Below the pieces are notes generated by a model, which saw only the letters and a list, made by a program, of their open reading frames with translations, made no database searches and was not told the DNA's origin. This document shows positions 18,810 to 27,824 of a stretch of 64,000 bases of DNA, piece after piece. The DNA is from a virus (Duplodnaviria > Caudoviricetes): the IMG/VR virus record IMGVR_UViG_2897842695_000001, positions 31,652 through 95,651 of that record. One strand, 5' to 3'. Numbering within the stretch: the first letter of the stretch is position 1; each line of letters opens with the position of its first letter. Made by a program: the position numbers and the translations under genes.

Positions 18810-18845
18810 ATAATTTACATCATTTTTGAACGATTGGCATTATGC

Positions 18846-19001
18846 CTACGAGCGAGCTGATTGAGTAACCCACGATGTAGTTTTCGCCGTCATGTAGCTA
18901 GTCGTTTTCGCCGTTACATGGCCGTCAGAACCAAAACCCATTGTTGTACGCGAGGTCATTGTTACTGTAGTTCGGCTTGTAGTGTGTACTTGGTTTTGCA
19001 T
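18846..19001 (-). CDS. 51-aa Thr/Ser-repeat peptide (not in ORF track)
   Basis: MQNQVHTTSRTTVTMTSRTTMGFGSDGHVTAKTTSYMTAKTTSWVTQSARS; AAGGA RBS; same repeat grammar as the upstream gene. Confidence 0.75.
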   Translation of the reverse strand: MQNQVHTTSRTTVTMTSRTTMGFGSDGHVTAKTTSYMTAKTTSWVTQSARS

Positions 19002-19018
19002 GATTTTTCCTTAGTTGG

Positions 19019-20158
19019 TTATACGACAACAAGTGTCGTTTTACTGGTTGTGTAAGTTGTCGTGAAGCTGGTACTAATCGTTGTCGATTTGCTGAAATTC
19101 TTCTTAGTCGTTTTCGAAGTTGTGACCGTAGTATTTCGTGAACCAACCCAAGACGTTGTTTTATCTGTTGCCTTAGACGTTGCAGCTGAATAGCTCCAAG
19201 TTGTTGTCCAAGTCGTTGTCTTGCCAGCTGTGGTCCAGCTAGTTGATACGCCGCCAGTGCTCCAGCTAGTCGTCTTAGTGGTGCTTTGTGAAGCTTTCCA
19301 AGAAGTTGTGTAGCTAGTGCCAACCGCTGTACCAAACGAGGTTGATTTCGTTGTGGCCTTGCTGGTTGATTTACTGTTTGGCACGTTCGTAGACCAAGTT
19401 GTTGTCTTAGCCGTAGTTTTGGAAGTACCAAAGCTGGTGTTAACCGCTGCCGTCCAAGCCGTTGTATAGCTTGTAGTACGAGAAGTGGTGTAACCCTTAC
19501 TCGCGTATGGACCGGTCGCCCAAGTCGTCGTCTTGGTGGTCGTTTTGGAGTACGAATAAGTTGTGCTTCGTGTGGTGTTCCAAGAAGTTGTCTTGTTCGT
19601 GCTCTTAGACGTGTTACGAGGCGAGGTCCAACTTGTAGTCCAAGTCGTTGTGCCAGCTGTAGAACGGCTGGTTGATTTCGTCGTAGATTTCGTCGTGGTC
19701 TTGCTGGCCGTCCAAGTCGTAGTAACCGCTGTACCTTTTGACGTTGTACGCGTGGTTGTTTTCGACGTAGTACCGCTGGTTAATTGGCTGGTGCTCTTTG
19801 ACGCGGTTTTAGTGGTGTTCCAGCTTGTCGTTCCCGCCGTTGTCTTACTGCATGTTACAGACGTTGCAAAAGTCGATACCCAAGACGTACTAGCATCACC
19901 GACCCAAGAGGTAGTGATACTGGTTGTTTTTGAGGTTGTTTTGCTGGTGGACCAATACGTTGTTTTCAGACTCAAACGACACGCGCCGTAGAAGTCCGAC
20001 AACTTGATTGCACCCGTTGTAGGTACTTTGGCATTCTCCGGAATATCCGGAATGATACCGCCACCACGATAGAGCTGAGACAAAGCAAGTGCGCCCGTCT
20101 GGCCGTAGTAGTCGCGGATCTGCAATAGCGACAATGCGCCGCTACTTGGTAATGGCAT
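19019..20158 (-). CDS. tail-fibre tip adhesin-like protein with ~320-aa Thr/Ser/Trp tetrapeptide repeat
   Basis: N-terminal LPSSGALSL...LSQLYRGG...GAIKLSDFYG fibre-attachment-type domain; TTSK/TTSW repeats. Confidence 0.75.
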   Translation of the reverse strand: MPLPSSGALSLLQIRDYYGQTGALALSQLYRGGGIIPDIPENAKVPTTGAIKLSDFYGACRLSLKTTYWSTSKTTSKTTSITTSWVGDASTSWVSTFATSVTCSKTTAGTTSWNTTKTASKSTSQLTSGTTSKTTTRTTSKGTAVTTTWTASKTTTKSTTKSTSRSTAGTTTWTTSWTSPRNTSKSTNKTTSWNTTRSTTYSYSKTTTKTTTWATGPYASKGYTTSRTTSYTTAWTAAVNTSFGTSKTTAKTTTWSTNVPNSKSTSKATTKSTSFGTAVGTSYTTSWKASQSTTKTTSWSTGGVSTSWTTAGKTTTWTTTWSYSAATSKATDKTTSWVGSRNTTVTTSKTTKKNFSKSTTISTSFTTTYTTSKTTLVVV

Positions 20159-20160
20159 TA

Positions 20161-20730
20161 CTACCCCCTAAGCGTGCTGATAGCCGCTTGAACCATATCG
20201 AAAACCGCATAAGGCCGATGAACAATAGCGCTCTCGCCTATACGGTTAGCCACAAATAGGATCGCTCCAGCCTCAAAGCCTAGTTCTTGGCCTAGCCGCA
20301 ATAGCTGGGAGGTTTCCATATCTTCTACAGGGAAGCCGTCAACCGGCTTGCTCTTGGTGTAAAGCAAATCTGTTGTGACACACCCTGTTAACGGTAAGTT
20401 GGGAAATAGAAAGGACGGGTAAGTGTGTGAATCTTCACGGCTGCATGCACGGGACACGGCCACCAGCGAACCAAGCAATGATTCATCTTGTGTTCCTGCC
20501 GTACCGATGCGAATAGCTCGCTCAACTGGATAAATCCCTTTGAGTTGTCGCACGGCATAGTCAATTGATGGTCGGCCCATTCCACAAGCACAAACGCCAA
20601 TGTCGGAAGCAAACCAGACGCTAAAAAACGGCTGGTAAATATCCGGCTCACTTGGCGCGTTCGCATCAATGATTTTAGCGATCGCTTGCGCCCTATTAGG
20701 GCAACCAGTGAAGATCCACAACTTAACCAT
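20161..20730 (-). CDS. nucleoside phosphorylase family protein (DeoD/Udp-like)
   Basis: GCPNRA, GMGRPS, IRIGTAG, EDMET motifs. Confidence 0.8.
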   Translation of the reverse strand: MVKLWIFTGCPNRAQAIAKIIDANAPSEPDIYQPFFSVWFASDIGVCACGMGRPSIDYAVRQLKGIYPVERAIRIGTAGTQDESLLGSLVAVSRACSREDSHTYPSFLFPNLPLTGCVTTDLLYTKSKPVDGFPVEDMETSQLLRLGQELGFEAGAILFVANRIGESAIVHRPYAVFDMVQAAISTLRG

Positions 20731-22508
20731 TAAGCACGGGCCTGTAGCAGTTCTTTTACGGCTGCCTCAACAAAGCTCAATCGGTCCTCAAGACGGCTAA
20801 TTGTGTTCTGTTGCTGCTTAATACCCTCGATGAGTAGAGCAACCATATTGCCGTATGCGACTGATAGCTTGCCGTCTGGTCCTGCTTTCACCACATTAGG
20901 TAGCACTGCCGCGACTTCCTGCGCGATTACGCCCGTATGCCAACTATCATCTTGCTTTAGCTGGTAGTCGTAACCGTTCAGCTGCATGATCTTGTTGATT
21001 GCGTCCGTTAGTGGCTGGAAGTTCTTTTTGATTCGCTTATCAGATAGACCTTGCAAGTCACCAGACAGCGTTAAGTTGCCGGTTTCAAAGTCAAAGACAA
21101 AGCGATCCGCTGAACCCTTGCGCATGTTTAGCTTGAAGCCAGACAAAGCATCGAGAAAAGCAGACGTACCATTGAAGTACAAACCTAGATCGTTGTCGTT
21201 ACCAAGCAACAATTTCACGTTGTCGTTTAGTGCCGTGCTGCCAGTGAATCGACCACCAGCTTTAGGCATCTTGGTATCAGCTACGGCTACAGCATCTTTG
21301 ACCGCTTTAGGCGTGGCCGCTTTTTCTTCGCTGGTCGAGTCAATCGCACTTGATAGCTGAACAACACCGGCGCGTTGAAGCGTAGCCGCCAAAACAGAAA
21401 GCGTTAGTGCGCTGCCAAGCTGGCCGCCACCAGTCAATGCGCCGCTGGTATTGATGAGCGCGGTTTTCTCCAGTTTCTTAGCCAGTTCGCCGGTGATTGA
21501 ATCTAGAATGCTTTCATTGGCCTCAAGCTCTTTGATTAGAGCCTCTAGGTTTTTCAGCATTTCCGGATCAGTACCGCCTAAAAGCGTCTGAATGGAGTTA
21601 TCCGTGTACTTGGCCGCGTCCACACCTACTTGTAGGGCAAATGCTTTCAACGCTTTTAGCGCTGCTGCTGCTGCCGCCAATTCGGTACTGTCAGAGTCCA
21701 ATTCACTTGTTAGGCGAACACCACCTAGCTTAGTGGTCGTTGCTTGGGCCAAACCAAGCATCAAACCGTCAGCCAATGCACCGCCACCAGTCAAACCCTC
21801 GGACACGCCGACTTGAATTTTACCTAGTGATTCGCGAGCGCCTAGCTCAATACCACGCCATAACTGAGGCAATAGAACCGGCTTAGGGGATTTACTTTTG
21901 TTATCAATATCTGCGTCTGTAGCTGCCGAATCGACACGCATATATTGTTTATGTGGATCATGAGCCGCAATGTGTCGCGCTAGGTCCAAACCACCATCCA
22001 TGCGCTGATTAAAGCTCATGTATGATTCATCTAGGACTAGCGTTCCAGCTGGCACGTCAAAGGAAGCAAGAATTACATGGTGCGCTTGCAGCTTGCCCTC
22101 TTGAACGATCTTCAATGAAGCCGCATCGTAAGCTGATCGAATATCAATTTGCTTCGTGATAAGGCCGTGTTGGTAGATCGCCTCGATAACTGCATAGCTA
22201 CGGCCAATTGGCACGGTCAACACAACATCATGCTGTTGGCGAACTGTCAGCAAGTAGCCGTCACGTTCAACCATTGCAACGCCGTATTGTTGGCCGGACG
22301 TAACGTTAACGGTCATGGTGTTACCAATCACCGCCACATTAAAGCCACGGTACACACCAGCTTCTACAATGCCGCAAAGCTTACGGTTCAAACTTTCCGA
22401 GCTGTTTGGCTCTAGGTATTGCGTATCTGCAATAAGAGGCAAACTCTCGATCTCGTTAATGGTAGGCGGTATTAAAACCGCCTCCTCATGTCGTCGTTGC
22501 CCACTCAT
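20730..22508 (-). CDS. tail fibre protein 2 (S-like) with C-terminal peptidase S74 chaperone
   Basis: P1 S-like N-terminus (QYLEP..S.SLNRK), GVVQLSS..DSTSE..AATPKAVK repeats, SDKRIKKN...GVIAQEV. Confidence 0.9.
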   Translation of the reverse strand: MSGQRRHEEAVLIPPTINEIESLPLIADTQYLEPNSSESLNRKLCGIVEAGVYRGFNVAVIGNTMTVNVTSGQQYGVAMVERDGYLLTVRQQHDVVLTVPIGRSYAVIEAIYQHGLITKQIDIRSAYDAASLKIVQEGKLQAHHVILASFDVPAGTLVLDESYMSFNQRMDGGLDLARHIAAHDPHKQYMRVDSAATDADIDNKSKSPKPVLLPQLWRGIELGARESLGKIQVGVSEGLTGGGALADGLMLGLAQATTTKLGGVRLTSELDSDSTELAAAAAALKALKAFALQVGVDAAKYTDNSIQTLLGGTDPEMLKNLEALIKELEANESILDSITGELAKKLEKTALINTSGALTGGGQLGSALTLSVLAATLQRAGVVQLSSAIDSTSEEKAATPKAVKDAVAVADTKMPKAGGRFTGSTALNDNVKLLLGNDNDLGLYFNGTSAFLDALSGFKLNMRKGSADRFVFDFETGNLTLSGDLQGLSDKRIKKNFQPLTDAINKIMQLNGYDYQLKQDDSWHTGVIAQEVAAVLPNVVKAGPDGKLSVAYGNMVALLIEGIKQQQNTISRLEDRLSFVEAAVKELLQARA

Positions 22509-22509
22509 A

Positions 22510-23001
22510 CTATCGACCGCTCACCATCATGTTTGCAGCTTCACCAAGGTTTGTGTTGATTACGATTTCACAAGAGATACCGCGATCTGAGTAAACCCAA
22601 ATTGGCTGAGTAACAGCGATAATTACGTACTTGTTATCTTTGTCTTTAACGCCGATACAGCTGAATTGCTCGCTTTGATCTGCTGGAATGCTACCCGCTG
22701 GCAAGTTACACGTAATAACGATCTGGCCGTTGATGAAGTTGTAAACTGGACGGTTAGTTGCAAATACGCGTTCTAGAGACTCAACCTCTGACGGGATAGG
22801 CGCAACACTTGGCTTGCCGCCAACGTCCTCAATGAAACCATATCCCCAATCAATATCAGCAAGCTGGAAATACGGCTCGCTACCGATTGGAAGCATGGAC
22901 AAAGCACGTTGCTCATAGTAGCGATCCAGTAGTAATGAATCTTCTAAGACAACTTTCGGTTGAGGTGCTACGCCCTCACTTGCTTGAATTTCTTCTGCCA
23001 C
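22510..23001 (-). CDS. tail fibre assembly/baseplate protein (P1 gpR-like)
   Basis: LLDRYYEQRA motif; position between gp16 and a fibre gene. Confidence 0.65.
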   Translation of the reverse strand: MAEEIQASEGVAPQPKVVLEDSLLLDRYYEQRALSMLPIGSEPYFQLADIDWGYGFIEDVGGKPSVAPIPSEVESLERVFATNRPVYNFINGQIVITCNLPAGSIPADQSEQFSCIGVKDKDNKYVIIAVTQPIWVYSDRGISCEIVINTNLGEAANMMVSGR

Positions 23002-23049
23002 AAATACGCCCCTTTAGGATGTTTGTTCGGAACTAATTAGATAAATTGC

Positions 23050-24345
23050 TTAGACGTAACGATCTAAACGTACTGAATCGACGGGCGATTCATCCAAACG
23101 AACACTTGTGACACCAGCTGGTTTGCGTAGGCCGACCTCTTTAGGCTCAAAACGGGCCTGTATTTCGATCGAGTTATCTGCGCTTTCAATTGCGTCAGAT
23201 ACACGCATTTTAGTGGCTACTTGTGCGTAACTATTTTCTATTTGTGGGCGTTTTTCAGATAGGACAACACGCCAAAGCTTCTCGTAGATAAAGAAGTTTT
23301 TATCGAGCCTCACCGTGTCGGAAGAAACACAATCGAGGCGCGTTCTGGCTTGTTTTTGGGGAATAGGTTGAGGTTCATCTACAGTAGTAAATTTACCAGC
23401 TTCTACCGCCAGCGTATATTTACTTTGTTCCTCTTTTTCGGCCAAATTGACCGTTTGACGGGTTTTATTAAACCCATTTTCTGAGGATTCTAGCGCATTT
23501 GTTAGGAATGTGCGCCATACCTTTTCATAGACAAAGAAATTTTTATCGACGCGGAATGTGTCGCTCGCGTAAGCATCTAGACGTGTTCGGGCCTGTCGCG
23601 TTGGGATTGCTCTTGGCTTGTCCTCATCAAACCAATCTAGCGTGATTTTCTGGATGAACTTAGGCACATCATCGAGATCTTCAATACGGATCGTAGTGTC
23701 AACTTGTGAGATACCCTGCACTACCCATTCAATCACATCCCAAAGCTCGAATTTCAGATAGTAGCTAGTACCCTGCATAACGATACGCAAAGGCACTAGC
23801 GGGTAAACAACGCGGCGGAGCTTTTCTTCAAACTCACGCAAAGATTCTTCGTCGTTAACGCGAACCTCGTTGAGTGGCACTTGGATCACGCCTCGGCTGG
23901 TCATGAACCAGTCTTTGTTTTCCTGCATATCCAAATCGTCAGCTGTCACCAGTACAGTGCCATAAGGATATTTAACTAGGTCCGTAGGCGCGTATAACGG
24001 CTGCCAAGTCACCTCCATACCCGCAAACTCACGGCGTAACGTTGCCTCTAGTGGGTAAACGGTTTTCTTTAGGTGGATCTGGTCTTGGCGCTGCATAACT
24101 GTCATTGGTAGGTCAGTTTCAGCCACATCACCGAACGCGAAAAAGTCGCCTAGTTCCCTAACCTCAACTTGCAGATCTTGAGGCTGCATATCAAAGAGAG
24201 AGTTACGGGTTTTAATCCGCTCTAGGTAGTTCTCGACGTGTGATTCCAAAAGCGAGCCAAGGGCATGAGCAAAGTCAGTCCATGCCTCGGTATTTTGCTT
24301 GGTTCGGGTAAGCTGGCTTTTCAGCCAGCTTTGCAAGTTACTCAT
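23050..24345 (-). CDS. baseplate protein (P1 gp16-like) with repeated C-terminal module
   Basis: WLKSQLT N-terminus, WQPLYAP, FMTSRGVI; synteny. Confidence 0.75.
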   Translation of the reverse strand: MSNLQSWLKSQLTRTKQNTEAWTDFAHALGSLLESHVENYLERIKTRNSLFDMQPQDLQVEVRELGDFFAFGDVAETDLPMTVMQRQDQIHLKKTVYPLEATLRREFAGMEVTWQPLYAPTDLVKYPYGTVLVTADDLDMQENKDWFMTSRGVIQVPLNEVRVNDEESLREFEEKLRRVVYPLVPLRIVMQGTSYYLKFELWDVIEWVVQGISQVDTTIRIEDLDDVPKFIQKITLDWFDEDKPRAIPTRQARTRLDAYASDTFRVDKNFFVYEKVWRTFLTNALESSENGFNKTRQTVNLAEKEEQSKYTLAVEAGKFTTVDEPQPIPQKQARTRLDCVSSDTVRLDKNFFIYEKLWRVVLSEKRPQIENSYAQVATKMRVSDAIESADNSIEIQARFEPKEVGLRKPAGVTSVRLDESPVDSVRLDRYV

Positions 24346-27300
24346 AGGCGGTCCTCTAATTTGCTTAGGCGTTCAGCCAACTGCTCGATAAGTTGAGCCT
24401 GTTGGTCAATGATCACTTGCTGTTCTTGAATCGCTTTGATTGAGCATGCGTTCAAACCAAAGTGAGAAACAGATAAGTAACCGTCCTCGCCCTCGCTAAC
24501 CAGTGTTGGGATCTGCTCTTGTAGCTCTTGAGCAATAACGCCGATTTCCTCAACGCCATGTTTCACATAGCTGTAAATGCCAAGCTTCAATAGCTTGTCT
24601 AATACGCCCTCTGGTAGCTGCTCGATGTTCGATTTTAAGCGGCGGTCCGAAGTACCTTTAAAGTCACCAGCGATAAATACACCGGTAGACGTACCCGCAT
24701 CAATTTGCGAGAAGTTGTGACGGTGGCTCGCCGGTGCGTATGGGTGCGAGTGGTTCGCTTTGTCATAAGCGGTTTTCACTGCTTTTGCAGACGCGGCCAG
24801 TGTTTCACTGGTTGAGTTAACCGCGTTGGTTAGCTGGACAGTACCGGTCTGTGTTGTGCTCGCTGCTCGATGTACCCATTTACTTGCTGCCAAGTCATAA
24901 GCGATCTTTACTGCTTTTGGCGTGGCCGCTAGTGCTTCACTTGTCGAGTTCGTTGCGCTTGATAGCTGGACCGCACCGGCGGCGGTTAGGTCTGCCACTC
25001 GATAGGTCCACTTGCCGTTTGCTACGCCTAGTGCTGAAACAGCTTTGTCGTAAGCGGTTTTTGCTGCCTTGGAACTTGCATAAACCGTAGAGCTTGCCGA
25101 GTTAACCACGTCCGAAATATTGCGGTTGTTTGGACTAAATACTCGCTGGCCCTTTTCGCGCAATTCAATCAGGAAGTCGAAAACACCAGTCGTCGCGACC
25201 GCGATCTGTTTAAGGCTAACTTCTGTTCCCGCTTTCACGTTATCTGCAAGTGCGATCGTCAGTGTGGCCGTTACTGAGTCAGTGCTACCGTCAATACGGT
25301 AAGACGAACCAGCAACTTGAGGAATGCCGCCTTTATGGTTCATTACAACGCTTGCTTGGCCGTGGCCGTCATTGTCGGTTAGCGTTGCTTTTGCGCTGCG
25401 CATTAGGTATCGACCGTCACCAGTGGCTTGAGTCATTTTGCTTGCTGCTAAGTCGTATGCAGACTTAACCGCTTTAGGCGTAGCCGCGTATGCTTCGCTA
25501 GTAGAGTTGATCGCACTGGACAACTGAACCGCACCAGTTTGGGCCGTTGTTGCTACTCGATACGTCCACTTACCCGCCGCCAAGTCATAAGCGAGTTTCA
25601 CTGCTTTAGGCGTGGCCGCTTGTGCTTCGCTGGTGGAGTTAATCGCGCTTGATAATTGGACCGCACCGGCTTTCGCTGTTGTCGCTACCGTATAGGCCCA
25701 CTTGCTTGCTGCTAGGTCATAGGCGGTTTTTACTGCTTTAGGCGTGGCCGCTAGAACTTCACTGGTTGAGTTAACCGCACTGGATAGTTGGACCGCACCT
25801 TTTTGAGCTGTTGATGCGTCATTGATACCTAGTTGAACATTACCGGTAAGATCGCCGCCGCCAGTTAGTGCACCGCTGACAACAATCTGGATCGCCTTGT
25901 TTGCTTTCTTGGCGAGTTCTGCGTTAATGGCCGCAATGTCGCTGTCATTATCCACCAGCGCATCACCAAGCTCTTTAAGCGTGTTTAGGTGTTCAGCTGG
26001 AGCGTCACCAAGTAACTGAGAAATGAGCTGGTCAGTGTAGGCTTTGGCTGCTTGTTCTGCCGAAACTGCACGATCATGCGCTGTCTTAGTTGCTTTGGCC
26101 GTTGAGCCTAGCGTTTCGCTTGTTGAGGTAACGGAACTAGAAAGCTGTACCGCACCTTTTTGAGCTGTCGTCGCGTCCTTGATACCGATCGTTAGTTCAT
26201 CACCAATCTGACCGCCACCGGTGATCGCTCCGGTAGTATTTAGCAAGGTTGCATTGTTGGCTTTTGTCGGTAGCGTTTTGTTGATTTGCGCGATATCACC
26301 GTCATTGCTGACTACCGCATCACTAACTTCTTTGAGGCTAGCATGCGCACCGGCTTCGCCTTTTAGCTTGGCTATTTCTTGGTTTGTGTAATTGGTCGCG
26401 TTGGTGTTAGCGGTACTAATGGCCTGTTCTTTGGCTGTCTTGACACCTTTAGGCGTTGCGGCTTGAGTTTCGCTGGTGGATGTAGTCGAGCTAGATAGTT
26501 GCGATACACCTTTGCTTGATGTGGAAGCATCAGGCACGGACGCTTCAAGCACATAAGGCGATTGCTCCGAGCCGTCACCAGCTGCGGCCCACTTCAATGA
26601 AATGTTTGGGTTTGAAGCAAAGCGAACGAACTTACCTTGTTCCACTTCGTGACGGGCGTTGTCCTCATCCATTAGCGTAAAGCTGCGGATATAACGATCG
26701 TCGTGTAGGTGCGTTGTTGGTGATTTGCTATCGAGCGCGTCTTGTAGGCCGTCGATGTAACCGATCGTGTGACGGTGTGAGTCTTTCTTGACCGTTACGT
26801 TTAAGGTCACGTCTTGCGAGCCATCGAGACTAACCGAACCGGTCACGTTACCCGCTAGTGCAAGGTTAAAAGCCGTTTCAATCTTCTTGGCCGCAACTGC
26901 TGTAGCGCCTTTATCTAGACACGTATCAATGACGTGGTTTACCGCTCTTTGAACCGCTGCGGTAGTCGCTGCTAGTTCGTCTGAGGCGGTCGCATAATTA
27001 CCGGATAGAGTAACAACACCTTGGCGCTCAAGAGTCGCTAACTGAATGCCTAAAGTAATACCATTTAGTGCGTTACCGGTGGCCTGTAATGGTGCAGACG
27101 TGGTGATTGTTACGGCCTTTAGTGCGTTGTCTAACGCGGTCCATAACTTAGGTAACTCTAGGTACTTCTCTAGGTTTGATTTGTTGTTGATTTCTTCTGT
27201 TGTGGCCGCTTCTTCGCGTAACAGATATTGTTTGTGTGGATCTGGAGTGTTGACGTGCTGCGCAATATCGGCGCCGCCATAGTCACGCTCGATGTAGCTA

Positions 27301-27764
27301 ATATCAGCTGGCGTAACATCCGGTGCACCATCAACCAATGTCACTCGACAAAGGATCGTATGATGGCTTTGCGTTTGGCCTACAGCTACGAACTTGATGC
27401 TGGCCGCGTCAATGGATGAGGTGTTATCTACTTGCTTGGTAGGTACGCCAAATTGATAGAACGCCTCTAGGACCACATAGCCATCGCGGATCTCTGCCAT
27501 ATCCACAAGAACATCATCTTGCTGGCGAACCGTTAGCACGTAGTCGTCGCGTTCTACCAGTGCAACACCGGTAATGTCTTTAGAAGTAACTAAGATATGT
27601 TTTCCGGCTACAGCTTCACATTCAAAGCCACGAAAAACACCTTTATGAACCATGCCGCTAAACTTGCGGTTAAGGCTTTTTGATGTGAATGCCTCTAGGT
27701 ACTGAATGTCAGTAACTAGCGGTAATTCGTCAATGACGACAACGTTATTCGATACCTTTTCCAT
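24342..27764 (-). CDS. long tail fibre protein 1 (S-like) with fibre repeats and peptidase S74 chaperone
   Basis: Many GAVQLSSA.NSTSE..AATPKAVK.AYDLA repeats; SDRRLKSNI...IGVIAQEL. Confidence 0.92.
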   Translation of the reverse strand: MEKVSNNVVVIDELPLVTDIQYLEAFTSKSLNRKFSGMVHKGVFRGFECEAVAGKHILVTSKDITGVALVERDDYVLTVRQQDDVLVDMAEIRDGYVVLEAFYQFGVPTKQVDNTSSIDAASIKFVAVGQTQSHHTILCRVTLVDGAPDVTPADISYIERDYGGADIAQHVNTPDPHKQYLLREEAATTEEINNKSNLEKYLELPKLWTALDNALKAVTITTSAPLQATGNALNGITLGIQLATLERQGVVTLSGNYATASDELAATTAAVQRAVNHVIDTCLDKGATAVAAKKIETAFNLALAGNVTGSVSLDGSQDVTLNVTVKKDSHRHTIGYIDGLQDALDSKSPTTHLHDDRYIRSFTLMDEDNARHEVEQGKFVRFASNPNISLKWAAAGDGSEQSPYVLEASVPDASTSSKGVSQLSSSTTSTSETQAATPKGVKTAKEQAISTANTNATNYTNQEIAKLKGEAGAHASLKEVSDAVVSNDGDIAQINKTLPTKANNATLLNTTGAITGGGQIGDELTIGIKDATTAQKGAVQLSSSVTSTSETLGSTAKATKTAHDRAVSAEQAAKAYTDQLISQLLGDAPAEHLNTLKELGDALVDNDSDIAAINAELAKKANKAIQIVVSGALTGGGDLTGNVQLGINDASTAQKGAVQLSSAVNSTSEVLAATPKAVKTAYDLAASKWAYTVATTAKAGAVQLSSAINSTSEAQAATPKAVKLAYDLAAGKWTYRVATTAQTGAVQLSSAINSTSEAYAATPKAVKSAYDLAASKMTQATGDGRYLMRSAKATLTDNDGHGQASVVMNHKGGIPQVAGSSYRIDGSTDSVTATLTIALADNVKAGTEVSLKQIAVATTGVFDFLIELREKGQRVFSPNNRNISDVVNSASSTVYASSKAAKTAYDKAVSALGVANGKWTYRVADLTAAGAVQLSSATNSTSEALAATPKAVKIAYDLAASKWVHRAASTTQTGTVQLTNAVNSTSETLAASAKAVKTAYDKANHSHPYAPASHRHNFSQIDAGTSTGVFIAGDFKGTSDRRLKSNIEQLPEGVLDKLLKLGIYSYVKHGVEEIGVIAQELQEQIPTLVSEGEDGYLSVSHFGLNACSIKAIQEQQVIIDQQAQLIEQLAERLSKLEDRL

Positions 27765-27824
27765 GCTCTATCTCAAGTGTGGAAAAGTAGCGTTTTCGTC
27801 TGAACGGGGATTTAGGAAGGGGAA

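Noticed and set aside
18925-19991. Alternative-frame and antisense ORFs over the Thr-rich gene
   Set aside because: Shadows of ACN/TCN codon bias (Val-rich or Gln/Leu/Arg-rich); no independent signals.
24750-26560. DNA repeats in the long fibre as invertible-segment or DGR repeats
   Set aside because: They are degenerate in-frame fibre repeats. No invertase, reverse transcriptase or adenine-specific variation was seen.
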